The translations under genes were made by a program, and so were the position numbers. Below are positions 49,543-59,716 of a DNA stretch of 64,000 nt, piece by piece. Position 1 is the first letter of the stretch, and each line of letters opens with the position of its first letter. The notes under the pieces are model-generated. The model worked only from the letters and a program-made list of their open reading frames with translations, was not told the origin of the DNA and searched no databases. The stretch is from a virus (Duplodnaviria > Caudoviricetes): positions 38,531 to 102,530 of IMG/VR virus record IMGVR_UViG_3300033741_000108; one strand, given 5' to 3'.

Positions 49543-49661
49543 ATAAACATGTGAATAAAGGTTTATATTAGCAATACCACAAACCAAAAACCTTGAGCCT
49601 TAAATTGGCGACAGACCATTAGGTAATTCTATAGGAGCGTTGTTAGGTGGTATAAAAATAA

Positions 49662-49739
49662 GCGAGAATAGCTCAATTAGGCTAGAGCCTCTGGTTTCCA
49701 ACCAGAATGTTGTGAGTTCGATTCTCACTTCTCGTTCCA
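49662..49739 (+). tRNA. tRNA-Gly(UCC)
   Basis: tctgg-tttccaa-ccaga; TTCGATT; U73; CCA. Confidence 0.92.
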
Positions 49740-49744
49740 AATAT

Positions 49745-49827
49745 GGAAGTCTAAACTTAAATCACTAGGGAAGTGAATTGGTCTCCAAAACCAATGTTAA
49801 TGCGTTCAACTCGTAAGATTTCTGCCA
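49745..49827 (+). tRNA. tRNA-Trp(CCA), atypical long D-arm
   Basis: ttggt-ctccaaa-accaa; acceptor ggaagtc/gatttct; GCCA. Confidence 0.75.
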
Positions 49828-49865
49828 ATATTATGAATAAGGTTAAAAAATAATAATTCTAATAA

Positions 49866-49941
49866 TGGAGCATAGTTCAGTTGGTAGAACAATCGGCTGT
49901 TAACCGATAGGTCAAGAGTTTAAATCTCTTTGCTCCAGCCA
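49866..49941 (+). tRNA. tRNA-Asn(GUU)
   Basis: atcgg-ctgttaa-ccgat; tggagca/tgctcca; GCCA; T-loop tttaaat. Confidence 0.88.
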
Positions 49942-50063
49942 AGGTTTAATAGATGTGCCTAAAACATCTACAAAATTTAAGTGACTAGGTTCATTACCGA
50001 AAAGATAGTAACCTACTATCCTGTCACTATAATATAATTAGGTGGATTATCAGAGGTGATAAA

Positions 50064-50558
50064 ATGAAAGAAATATGGAAAGATATTGAGGGTTTTGAAG
50101 GAGAATATCAAATTAGTAATTTAGCAAGAGTAAAAAGCTTTAAAGGGAAAAGAGCTATAATATTAAAGCAATCAACTCAATCTAGAGGATATAAACAAGT
50201 AAGTTTACCTAGTAAATGTACTTTAGTACATGTATTAGTAGCAAGAGCATTTATTAATAAGCCAGAATATAAAGTAGAAGTTAATCATATTAATGGTGAT
50301 AAGTCTTGCAATGAAGTATCAAATTTAGAATGGGTTACACATAAAGAGAATATGGAGCACGCATTAAATACAGGACTTCTACCTACATTAAAAGGCGAGA
50401 ATACTAGTAACCATAAATTAACAAGGAAAGAAGTTATAGATATAAAAGCTTTATTAAAAGAAGGTATCTTAAATCAAATAGAAATATCGGAGAGATATAA
50501 TGTTTCCAGACCAACAATTAGTAAAATAAATGTTGGTAGAGCATGGAGTCATATTTAA
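50064..50558 (+). CDS. NUMOD4-HNH homing endonuclease with C-terminal HTH
   Basis: EIWKDIEGFEGEYQISNLARVKS; VHVLVA.AF..EVNHINGDK..N...NLEW. Confidence 0.92.
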   Translation: MKEIWKDIEGFEGEYQISNLARVKSFKGKRAIILKQSTQSRGYKQVSLPSKCTLVHVLVARAFINKPEYKVEVNHINGDKSCNEVSNLEWVTHKENMEHALNTGLLPTLKGENTSNHKLTRKEVIDIKALLKEGILNQIEISERYNVSRPTISKINVGRAWSHI

Positions 50559-50671
50559 TCAATAAATATATTGGTTTTGCGAAGTTTGGGGTTTTAAAAA
50601 GCTTTTCTAGTTCGTTATTGATAATTTGGTTATATTATAGAGCACAAGATAAACAAACAATAAATAACAAC

Positions 50672-50696
50672 CTGCCAATTTTGGCAGTATTTTTTT
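50672..50696 (+). terminator. intrinsic terminator
   Basis: ctgccaa/ttggcag plus T-tract. Confidence 0.75.
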
Positions 50697-50761
50697 GATA
50701 TATATGTTTTATAAAATACACAAAGGAGTGTAATATAAAAGGTTAAAGGAGTGGTTTAAAG

Positions 50762-52057
50762 ATGAATGAAAAATTATATTCACCAAGAGAAGGAGAGAAT
50801 TACGAGGATTATGGTATGAGGTTATATCGTAATTCAAAGGAATATGGATTAACAAATGAAATAATAGGTTTTTTATTAAATGATTTTAAAGGTGTTGACT
50901 GGGATGAATCAGCCCATAGAAAAAAAATAAAAGAGAGAATAAAAGGTTTTGACAAAGGATATAACATTGGTTTTGAAGATGGTTTTAATAAATGTAAAGA
51001 GGATGTAGTTAATAATGATATAAATATTAATGGTATTGAATCTATAACACCTAAAACGCATTTAGATAAATTATCTGATATGATAGGTGAATATAATATA
51101 ATTAAAACAGCTGCTAGAAAAGAACAGCGTATACTTAGAAAATATATGCGTAAAGCTACTCCAGCTGTATTATTAGCAGAACAATATAGAGAAGCATTAC
51201 AAAATAATGAGATACAATTGAGAAATATAAATGATTTTGAATTAGAAGAATTTAATAATACTGTAATAAAAGTTTTATTATCAGATTTTCACACAGGACT
51301 TGTCATAGAAGAATCTTATAATGAGTATAATTTTGAAATAGCTAAGAAGAGACTTAATAAATTTAAGAAAGAAATATTATATTTAGCAAAAGTAAATAAT
51401 TCAAATAAAATATCAATAACTTTCTTGGGAGATATCATGGAAGGATATTCTATGAGGGCAGATCAACCATTTGATATTGAATTTACTCAATCACAACAGA
51501 TAGAGAAGTCACAGCAATTAATATATGATTTTTGTATGGATTTTGCCGATAAAGGATATTATATTGAATTATCTGGAATATCTGGTAACCATGATCTTTA
51601 TAGAATAACTAAAACTGGTAGAAATTCTCTTCCAGATGATAATGCTGTAAGAACAATTTTTAAGAATTTACAACTAGTATCAAAAGTAGCTAATAATGAT
51701 AAGTTTTATGTACATGAACAAGATAAATTTGATGAATTTACAGAAGAAATTAATGGTGTATTGATCAAGAGCGTACATGGAGATAATGAATCTAAAAACG
51801 ATAAAAATAAAATACAGAAACACTCTAGTATTATGGGTGAACAAGTAAACGTGTTATTATTGGCTCACTTACATCACTATAGAGCGATATCAAGAAATAG
51901 AAATGAGCTTGAAATATATTGTGGTGCACTCACAGGAGCTAATGACTACTCTAAAAAGAAGGTGAAACAAATAGCAAATGCGTCACAAACTGTCTTAGTA
52001 ATTAGAGAAGATGGAATGTATTATCCATTTAATATAGACTTACAAGAAACTAACTAA
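50762..52057 (+). CDS. calcineurin-like metallophosphoesterase
   Basis: SDFH, GDIMEG, GNHD, HGD, AHLHH. Confidence 0.85.
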   Translation: MNEKLYSPREGENYEDYGMRLYRNSKEYGLTNEIIGFLLNDFKGVDWDESAHRKKIKERIKGFDKGYNIGFEDGFNKCKEDVVNNDININGIESITPKTHLDKLSDMIGEYNIIKTAARKEQRILRKYMRKATPAVLLAEQYREALQNNEIQLRNINDFELEEFNNTVIKVLLSDFHTGLVIEESYNEYNFEIAKKRLNKFKKEILYLAKVNNSNKISITFLGDIMEGYSMRADQPFDIEFTQSQQIEKSQQLIYDFCMDFADKGYYIELSGISGNHDLYRITKTGRNSLPDDNAVRTIFKNLQLVSKVANNDKFYVHEQDKFDEFTEEINGVLIKSVHGDNESKNDKNKIQKHSSIMGEQVNVLLLAHLHHYRAISRNRNELEIYCGALTGANDYSKKKVKQIANASQTVLVIREDGMYYPFNIDLQETN

Positions 52058-52199
52058 GCAACCACAGAAATCGTGGGCTATGTGATTTTTCTAACTCCTT
52101 TTTCATGTAGTCCACATGTTTTGATAAGGTGATAAAGACTATTATTTTATTTATTTTTATTTATTTATAAAAGTCTTTATCGCCTATATAAATTAATTT

Positions 52200-52228
52200 T
52201 TGACAATAAAACTAAAGTATGGTATAAT
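52200..52228 (+). promoter_or_regulatory. consensus SigA promoter upstream of the morphogenesis operon (second near 52293)
   Basis: TTGACA-17-TATAAT with TG. Confidence 0.75.
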
Positions 52229-52354
52229 ATACATAGTAAGGTGATAGGTTAGGTTTATTATTAAAAATAATCTAATTTTTTTTGTAATTAGACTTGACAA
52301 TATTAATATTATATTATATACTATAAGATTAGCCTTATTTAAGGGAGTGATACA

Positions 52355-53341
52355 ATGGCAAAAAAGAAGAAAGATAAAGGATATTATTGTTCGGAATGTA
52401 ACAAGCTAAAAAAAGCAGGCGACTTTTACAGCATGCAACATAAATATATGCAAAGAGATAACAAGTTTACAATATGTGCAGACTGTATAAAGAATTTTTC
52501 ATACTATAACCCAAATGATAGAGAGAGGGTAGAGTTAAAGAAATTTCAAAAGATATTAATGAAATTAGACTTACCATTTATGAAGGATATATATCATAGT
52601 GCTTACTTATCTACATATGACACAGTGGGGAAATATATTAACATACTACAATTCCCACAATATAAAAATAAGTTAAGTTGGGAACACAGTGTATTCTCAG
52701 AAGACATTGAAGAAAATGATAAAATGAAAGAAACGCTAGTTGATGAAGTAGACCTTATGAAAATGATAGACGATCAAGATAAAGTTGAGGTTATTGGTGG
52801 ATACTGGGAGTTTACAACAGTATTAAGAGATAGATGGGGAAACAAATATGAATTAAAGGATTTAGTAGAGTTAGAAAAAATATATCTAAAATTAAAAAGT
52901 AGTATTTTAATAGAAACCGAAATGGACTCTATTAATTTAATAGATGCATGTAAGGCAAAATATATGTATGATGAAGCTATGGTTAGTGGTGATACTCCAG
53001 CCAACATAGATAAATTAAGGAAAAATAAGGATGGAGCATTCTCAAAGCTTAAAACAATAGATAGTGGCTCTAGAGCACCATCATTATCATTATTATTTAA
53101 ACAGATAGATGAAACAGAGGGTGGCTTAGAGATATTAGAAAAGTGGAGGAAATATCCAAGAGATGAGATAGACATGATAGCATATTTAATAGTGGTTAAA
53201 AATAAAGAACATCATGGAATTAGTACAGATGATTTTAGTGAAAAAGATATGTATAATATATACGAAAGAAGAGCGAAAGAATATAAGGATAAATTGAAAG
53301 ATGAAGGAAAGCAGAGTTTGTTAGATAGAATAACAGTGTAG
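52355..53341 (+). CDS. probable terminase small subunit with N-terminal Zn finger
   Basis: CSEC..FY..ICADC; directly upstream of terL. Confidence 0.6.
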   Translation: MAKKKKDKGYYCSECNKLKKAGDFYSMQHKYMQRDNKFTICADCIKNFSYYNPNDRERVELKKFQKILMKLDLPFMKDIYHSAYLSTYDTVGKYINILQFPQYKNKLSWEHSVFSEDIEENDKMKETLVDEVDLMKMIDDQDKVEVIGGYWEFTTVLRDRWGNKYELKDLVELEKIYLKLKSSILIETEMDSINLIDACKAKYMYDEAMVSGDTPANIDKLRKNKDGAFSKLKTIDSGSRAPSLSLLFKQIDETEGGLEILEKWRKYPRDEIDMIAYLIVVKNKEHHGISTDDFSEKDMYNIYERRAKEYKDKLKDEGKQSLLDRITV

Positions 53342-53349
53342 GTGATTAG

Positions 53350-55056
53350 ATGGGACTTAGAGATGTAGATAAAAAAACACTGTCTGTCGCTGAAAAATTA
53401 GTTTATGAGAAATATTTTGAAGCAGATACGTCAGACATTGTAAAAAAATATGATAATTTCTTTTATGAATTTAGACAATGGGCATATTGGTATCCAGATA
53501 AGTTTTTAGAAATGTTTGCCAGTGATAATTTTGAATTAGACCCAGATCAAAAATTAACATTAAGGTTATTTGTAAGAGGTCAATATACTAAATTTGTACA
53601 ATCAAGAGGTACTGGTAAAAGTTTTATTGCTTACCTTGGCATGGTTGTGAAAGCATTAATACTTCCAAATTATGAAGTAATATTTGTAGCACAAACAAGA
53701 GAAGCTAGTGCTAGAACATTAAGTAGTAAATATAATGAAACTATGAGAATGATGCCATTCTTAGAGAATGAAATATCTGGCAATGGGCCCAACAGAGATA
53801 GCAAAGAGATGTTTAATCTTGAATTTAAAAATGGTAGTATTATAAGAAATGGTATTGCTGGTGAAGGACAAAGAGGAGATAGAGCAGTAGACGTTGTTAT
53901 TGATGAGCAAATGTTTGTTAGCACAAAAATAATAAATAATGTTATAATACCAATTATATCAGAGCCAAGGAAGAGTTTAAAAGATGGAAAACAAGGTATA
54001 CATGAATTTAATTGTATAAAAGGAATAAGTTCAGCAGGATACTATGGTAGTCCAGCACATTCAGACTATATCAAATCATATGAAATAAGTGCGAATGATG
54101 GCGATAATTTTACAATATGTAGTGATTATAGCCTGCCTCTTATGTATAAAAGGGCATTTGACAAACCAGATGTAGATAAGATGAGAAAAACATCGTCTAA
54201 ACTTGAATTTGATATGAATATATTGTCTAATTTTGGTGGTTCTGGTGAGGGTGGTCTAGTATCAATAAATGATATTGAGCTATGTAGAACACTTGAAAAA
54301 CCAGAATTTAGAGCGGATGGCAAACATGAATATATATTTGCCTATGACGTTGCTAGAAACTGGAATACAGGTAAGACAGATGACAGTGCTTTAATAATAG
54401 GTAAATTGTTTAGGTCACCAAATGGTGATGTTGGAAAAATAGCTATAGTAAATATTGTAACGATAAGTGCAAATGAAAAATTTGAAAGACAATCATTAAT
54501 AATAAAAAAGATGGACGAATTATTCAATCCATCTGTTATAATACAGGATGCACAAGTAATAGGTGTAGGTCTTTGTGAGAAGCTTATGGAAGAGACAGAT
54601 GGTGGAGATAAAATATATCCAGCATATAACACAATAAATACACCAGAGACTCCAGATACTGATAATTATATTACAAAATTATATGCACTACAATCAAGTA
54701 GAGTAGAGACAAAACAATCAGATATAATAAAATGTGCAATAGATGCGTTTGATAAAAGGAAAGTTGAGTTATTAGTTCCACCTAGTAGAAGTGTAGTGTC
54801 TTCTAGGAATAAAGATGATTTTGTAAAAGAAGAATTGCCACTATATGAAACGATGGCAATGATAGAAGAAATACTTAATTTAGATACTAAATACAACGAG
54901 AAATCAGACAGTTTAAGTATTAGTCAGAGAACTAAAGGAATTAATAAAGATAAAATAATGGCAACTATGTATTTGATATTTTATGCACTAGAGAAGATGA
55001 ATGTTAAAAAGGATAAGCAATTAGATACAAGTAAATATTTGTCAATGTTTAATTGA
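53350..55056 (+). CDS. terL: terminase large subunit
   Basis: Walker A SRGTGKS, RG.R, Walker B VVIDE, ISSAG, nuclease AYDVAR..DDSA..KDK. Confidence 0.9.
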   Translation: MGLRDVDKKTLSVAEKLVYEKYFEADTSDIVKKYDNFFYEFRQWAYWYPDKFLEMFASDNFELDPDQKLTLRLFVRGQYTKFVQSRGTGKSFIAYLGMVVKALILPNYEVIFVAQTREASARTLSSKYNETMRMMPFLENEISGNGPNRDSKEMFNLEFKNGSIIRNGIAGEGQRGDRAVDVVIDEQMFVSTKIINNVIIPIISEPRKSLKDGKQGIHEFNCIKGISSAGYYGSPAHSDYIKSYEISANDGDNFTICSDYSLPLMYKRAFDKPDVDKMRKTSSKLEFDMNILSNFGGSGEGGLVSINDIELCRTLEKPEFRADGKHEYIFAYDVARNWNTGKTDDSALIIGKLFRSPNGDVGKIAIVNIVTISANEKFERQSLIIKKMDELFNPSVIIQDAQVIGVGLCEKLMEETDGGDKIYPAYNTINTPETPDTDNYITKLYALQSSRVETKQSDIIKCAIDAFDKRKVELLVPPSRSVVSSRNKDDFVKEELPLYETMAMIEEILNLDTKYNEKSDSLSISQRTKGINKDKIMATMYLIFYALEKMNVKKDKQLDTSKYLSMFN

Positions 55057-55075
55057 TTTTAGAAAGGAGGTATAA

Positions 55076-56644
55076 ATGGATACAAAAGAAGAAAAGAAAG
55101 ATATAATTGATCAACCATCGTATACTGATATTTATACTAAACTATCTAAATCATTTCCAGATAAAGACGATGAACAAATAACAAAAGAAGCATTAAAGGC
55201 TTATGAGTTTGAACAAGAGTTTTATAGCAATTTTGTAAGTGATAAAGATGGTAATAAATATTTTAATCTGAGCTCATTTATGAGTGGTTCTGGAAACTTT
55301 AATGAAGTTATTGGCGATGCAAATAGATTATTTACTCCAGAACAAGTTCAGACATTTGTTCAATATCCTAATAAGAGTAGAAAAGAATTAAGGGATGTTT
55401 CTAGGAAGTTATATAACTATATACAGGAGTACAAGCAGTTAGTAAAAAGATATGGTACAATGCTTAACTATTATCCAGTGATCAATCCAACAGATGATGT
55501 TGAACCAGCTAAATTTTTAGATACTTTGAGGTGGTTTGAGGGATATAATTATAAAACCAGATTACCACAAATAACACAGAGATTACTTATGCAGGATGTA
55601 TTCTTTGGTTATGAATTATCTCAAAATGGTACAACAAATAAAATATTAAAAGAGTTACCATTTGATTATTGTAAATTAAAAGGTAGAGATAGATTTGGTG
55701 TATATAAATATAAATTTAACCTAACTTATTTTACTGGCAGAGAACATCAAATAAATAATTTTCCAGATGAATTTGGAAGAGCTTATAAGAATTTCAGAGA
55801 TAATACTAGTAGAAAGAGTAATTGGTTTGAGCCAAATAATAGAAAGCAATTTGCTTTTAAATTTGATACAACATTAAATTATGCATTACCTTATTTTACT
55901 GGTCTATTTGTAGACCTTGTTCAATTACAAGAGGTAAAGTCTGCACAGGCAGAAGCGAGTAAGATTGAGAATTATAAATTAATTCACTTCAAAATGCCAA
56001 TAAACGAGAAGTCTGACAAAAGGGATGATTATCGTATTAGTCCAGATGACGCAAATGTATATCATAGAAATGCAGCTAAGAATACACCAACTGGGGTTGG
56101 GGTAGTTACAAATCCATTCCCAATAAATGTAGCATCATTAAAAGGTTCTAATGAGGCAAATAGTAATATAGTTGATAGACATTTTACAAACTTATTAAGT
56201 TCTGCTGGTATGTCTAGATTATTATCAAATAGCAATACAACTGGTAGTACAGGACTTGAAGCAAGTGTAGAAGTAGATAATGCTTTAATGTTTAATTTAC
56301 TCAGACAATACGAGGCGTTTTTCAATAGACAAATATTTTACAAAACAGATACAACAGCATATGAATTTAGCTTTTTAAACAGTTCAGTACACAACGAGAC
56401 ACAAGTCTTCGAGAAATATTTAAAGGCTGGTCAAAGTGGTTTGAATAGATTCTATATAACAGCTTCATTAGGGATAGGTCAATTAGAAGCTATGTATGGT
56501 AGAAAGATTGAGAAAAAATTAGGCTTAGACGAATTGTTTAATCCTTTAGAATCTTCACATACCCAAAGTGGTAGTGAATCAAGTACTGAAAGTATCGATC
56601 CCGATGTAAGTGATGAAGGTAGAAGAACAAGAGATAAGGAATAG
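55076..56644 (+). CDS. portal protein
   Basis: 522 aa directly after terL; SPbeta-like gene order. Confidence 0.75.
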   Translation: MDTKEEKKDIIDQPSYTDIYTKLSKSFPDKDDEQITKEALKAYEFEQEFYSNFVSDKDGNKYFNLSSFMSGSGNFNEVIGDANRLFTPEQVQTFVQYPNKSRKELRDVSRKLYNYIQEYKQLVKRYGTMLNYYPVINPTDDVEPAKFLDTLRWFEGYNYKTRLPQITQRLLMQDVFFGYELSQNGTTNKILKELPFDYCKLKGRDRFGVYKYKFNLTYFTGREHQINNFPDEFGRAYKNFRDNTSRKSNWFEPNNRKQFAFKFDTTLNYALPYFTGLFVDLVQLQEVKSAQAEASKIENYKLIHFKMPINEKSDKRDDYRISPDDANVYHRNAAKNTPTGVGVVTNPFPINVASLKGSNEANSNIVDRHFTNLLSSAGMSRLLSNSNTTGSTGLEASVEVDNALMFNLLRQYEAFFNRQIFYKTDTTAYEFSFLNSSVHNETQVFEKYLKAGQSGLNRFYITASLGIGQLEAMYGRKIEKKLGLDELFNPLESSHTQSGSESSTESIDPDVSDEGRRTRDKE

Positions 56645-56653
56645 GTGGTGAAA

Positions 56654-58135
56654 ATGGATAAAGATAAGTTAAAAGATGTATTACTCAATTGTAAATTTGA
56701 AAAATATGAGTCAGATAGTGAAGATCCTAGATTTTCAAAGGCAAAGATATGGGTAGCACATACTGGATGGAATTATAATTCTACATATTTCTCAAAAGAA
56801 ATGTTGCAAGATATGGCTGAAAATAGTCTTGGTGGAATACCTTTAGTGGCTTTCCTAGAAAAAGATGAGGATAGTAAAGATTTTGCAGCTCATGAAGAAA
56901 TTGTAGTTTTGGATGATGATGGTAGTATTAAATTTGTTTATGTAGGTGTACCATTCGGTTTCGTACCAAAGAAACCAGATTGGTCATTTGAAACAAAAGA
57001 TGTAGATGGAGAATCAGTAGAATATCTAGTAGTAAATGACGTACAAATATGGAACAAGTTTGATGGCTCTGAATTGTTTGATGATATAAAAGGACAATCA
57101 ATGGAGTTATTACCAGATAATTTAGATGGTACTTATACAACTGATTTACCATCAAATCATGAGGCTTTAGTAGATGGTAGAGAAGGATGGTTTGTTACAA
57201 GTGCAACATTCGATGCTTTGTGTGCTTTAGGAGATAATTACGAGCCAGCAATGAAGGGTTCAGTAATTGAGAAATTCTCAAATAAATTTACTAAAAATGG
57301 TTTCAAACAATCTGTACAAGATATGTTTGCTGAGTATGCAAAGGAATTAGATAAGGGAGGTGAAGATATGGAAAAGAAAACAGAAGAGAATTATGAACTT
57401 AATTTTGATGAAAAATTAAAATTGTTAGATGAAAAGTTAAAAAGTGAAGGTACATTTGTTAACGATTGGCATGAGGAGACACATAAATTTATTGCTTATA
57501 CCGCTGATAGTGAATATGTATTCTATTGGAATATACAAGAGGACTGGAAATTATATGGTGCTTCATATACAATGACAGATGGTGAAGTTATGATTGATAT
57601 GGAAAATTCTTTTGAGGTAGTTAACGTTATAACTCCTAAATCTGATGCATTTGAAAAAGATATAAGTGTTAAAAGTGATAATTTTGCAAAAGTTGTATCT
57701 GATTTCTTAAATGATAAATTTGAAGCTATTAAAGATGAAAAAATTAAAGAGTTAACTGAAAAACATAGTGGTGAGTTATCAAGTAAAGAAGAAGAATATT
57801 CAAAAGATTTAGAGACTAAAGATTCAGAAATTAAAAAGTTAGGTGATTTCAAAGCAAAAGTATTACGAAATCAAAGAACTGATTATGTTAATTCTGTTTC
57901 AAATCTTAATGAAGATGAAAGAAAAATCCTAATAGAGAGTATTGATGAATATACTATGGAAACTCTAGAAGATGAAGTAGCTAAAATAATTGGTAAAAAG
58001 TCAGTTAAGTTTACAAAAAATATACAGACGACAATCTCAGATGAGTTTGTTGAAGAAGAAGAAAGTGACGAAGAAGAATATGACGAATTAAATCGTTTTA
58101 TTAAAAAGTATTCAAGAAAAAATGAGGAGGAATAA
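56654..58135 (+). CDS. prohead protease/scaffold protein
   Basis: VAHTGWNYN, QSME, LCALG..EPAM; acidic coiled-coil C-terminus. Confidence 0.75.
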   Translation: MDKDKLKDVLLNCKFEKYESDSEDPRFSKAKIWVAHTGWNYNSTYFSKEMLQDMAENSLGGIPLVAFLEKDEDSKDFAAHEEIVVLDDDGSIKFVYVGVPFGFVPKKPDWSFETKDVDGESVEYLVVNDVQIWNKFDGSELFDDIKGQSMELLPDNLDGTYTTDLPSNHEALVDGREGWFVTSATFDALCALGDNYEPAMKGSVIEKFSNKFTKNGFKQSVQDMFAEYAKELDKGGEDMEKKTEENYELNFDEKLKLLDEKLKSEGTFVNDWHEETHKFIAYTADSEYVFYWNIQEDWKLYGASYTMTDGEVMIDMENSFEVVNVITPKSDAFEKDISVKSDNFAKVVSDFLNDKFEAIKDEKIKELTEKHSGELSSKEEEYSKDLETKDSEIKKLGDFKAKVLRNQRTDYVNSVSNLNEDERKILIESIDEYTMETLEDEVAKIIGKKSVKFTKNIQTTISDEFVEEEESDEEEYDELNRFIKKYSRKNEEE

Positions 58136-58138
58136 TTA

Positions 58139-58624
58139 ATGGTTTTATTTCAAGGGCAACAAAGATACGTTGGTGGAATTGAGAATGTAGTGCACGATGC
58201 AGAATTAGTAAATGGTAATATCGTAGGATTAGGAACAAAGGTATCTGGTGAAGACCAGTACAACGCAGTTTTACCTGCTACAGCAGGTTTAGATACAGAA
58301 GAATATTTACTTGTATTACAAGATCCAATTTCTTATGTAGCTGGTGCAGATCCAGAGGATTACACAATAGCAATTGGTACACCTTTTAAGGCGATTCATT
58401 TAGAAGTAGGCAATAAGATTACATTACCAGTAGCAACATTAGCAAGTGCTGCAACAGTTGGAGATTTTTTAGTTCCTGCTAATGGTACAGCTAAATTAAC
58501 ACCTGCCGCTGATTTATTAGGAGGAACAAGATTAGTATTAAAAGTTGAAGCAATTGATGCAGTATTAAAAGTTGGTTCATATCGTGAAACAGATGGTGTT
58601 TTAGCTAGAGTTATTACAGCGTAA
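58139..58624 (+). CDS. head decoration/structural protein
   Basis: between scaffold and capsid; G/A/V-rich. Confidence 0.65.
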   Translation: MVLFQGQQRYVGGIENVVHDAELVNGNIVGLGTKVSGEDQYNAVLPATAGLDTEEYLLVLQDPISYVAGADPEDYTIAIGTPFKAIHLEVGNKITLPVATLASAATVGDFLVPANGTAKLTPAADLLGGTRLVLKVEAIDAVLKVGSYRETDGVLARVITA

Positions 58625-58652
58625 TTAGAGTATAATAGGAGGTAATATAATA

Positions 58653-59651
58653 ATGAAAAGAGAAAAAAGAGAAAAGATTAAAATAGTAATGGAGGACGTT
58701 TTTAGCGAGTCACCATCAGGCAATTACGATGGTGATAAGCCAGAGAAGACTTTAAAGAATATCTTATTTGAAATTTTAGGTACAGAAAAACCAACAGCTA
58801 TGGATTTAATTTCATACAAAATGGACGATTTTTATGCTATCGTTGCTGAGGTAGTTGGTAAGGAAGTTTCTGAAGATTTAGAGCAATCATTTAATTTTGC
58901 AGAGTATGCAAATGTAGCTTGGGGAGACGAGAGAACATTTGAATTAGACTCACCAGAATTATTCCACGCAGGCGTAATTGCAAAAGGTAATGGCGACATT
59001 GCTATTCAAAATATCACTAATGGTTTTATTGATATTGCAACTGACGCAATCGCTATTAAATTCGCAGTTCCATTTATGAGATGGGTATCTGGCAGAATTG
59101 ATTTTGACAAGTTAAAGCGTAAAGTTGTAAGTTCATATGTTAAAAAAGTTAGAACACTTGTATATAAAGCATTCTTTGAGACTGCTTCTTATAATAGTGA
59201 TGCTAATTATAATGTAGCAGACACTGCTGGTTTAAATTCTGCAAGTCTTAATACATTAGCTTATAAAGTTGGGGCAGCAAACAACTCAGATGTATTAATT
59301 ATGGCTACTAAACCATTTATCAACGCTTATGCAGGTAGTAATACTTTATCAGAAGTTGCATTAGAGGAAATTAGATTGACTGGTGCAATAAAAATGAGCG
59401 ATGGTAACATGTTAATGGCAGTAGATAATGTATTAGATGAAGATGACGCATTTGTTCTTGATGACGCAACTGCAATCATTATGCCAGTTAACTCTGAAAA
59501 GATTGTTAAAATTGTTGAAGAGGGTGAAACATTAATCAAAGAGCAAGTTAATATGAATGGTGACATGTCTAAAGAGTATATGTTCTACAAGCACTTAGGT
59601 GTAGGTGTAGCAGCAGCTCTTAAGTATGGTAGATATACTTTCACAGGTTAA
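58653..59651 (+). CDS. major capsid protein
   Basis: size, position, strong RBS, downstream terminator. Confidence 0.75.
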   Translation: MKREKREKIKIVMEDVFSESPSGNYDGDKPEKTLKNILFEILGTEKPTAMDLISYKMDDFYAIVAEVVGKEVSEDLEQSFNFAEYANVAWGDERTFELDSPELFHAGVIAKGNGDIAIQNITNGFIDIATDAIAIKFAVPFMRWVSGRIDFDKLKRKVVSSYVKKVRTLVYKAFFETASYNSDANYNVADTAGLNSASLNTLAYKVGAANNSDVLIMATKPFINAYAGSNTLSEVALEEIRLTGAIKMSDGNMLMAVDNVLDEDDAFVLDDATAIIMPVNSEKIVKIVEEGETLIKEQVNMNGDMSKEYMFYKHLGVGVAAALKYGRYTFTG

Positions 59652-59669
59652 TTAATTGGAAAAGATATA

Positions 59670-59698
59670 TTAGGGGTGTTTATTCACCCCTAAATTTT
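59670..59698 (+). terminator. terminator after the capsid gene
   Basis: ttaggggtg/cacccctaa. Confidence 0.75.
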
Positions 59699-59716
59699 AA
59701 AAAGGAGGATAAATAA

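Noticed and set aside
49337-49941. Stop-codon reassignment or suppressor tRNA
   Set aside because: All anticodons are standard with 7-nt loops; long genes are intact under code 11 and end in all three stop codons
49942-50640. Group I intron around the HNH gene
   Set aside because: No interrupted host gene and no recognisable P7 core
1462-59566. Numerous antisense ORFs overlapping long genes
   Set aside because: Shadow frames without RBS, nested opposite well-supported genes
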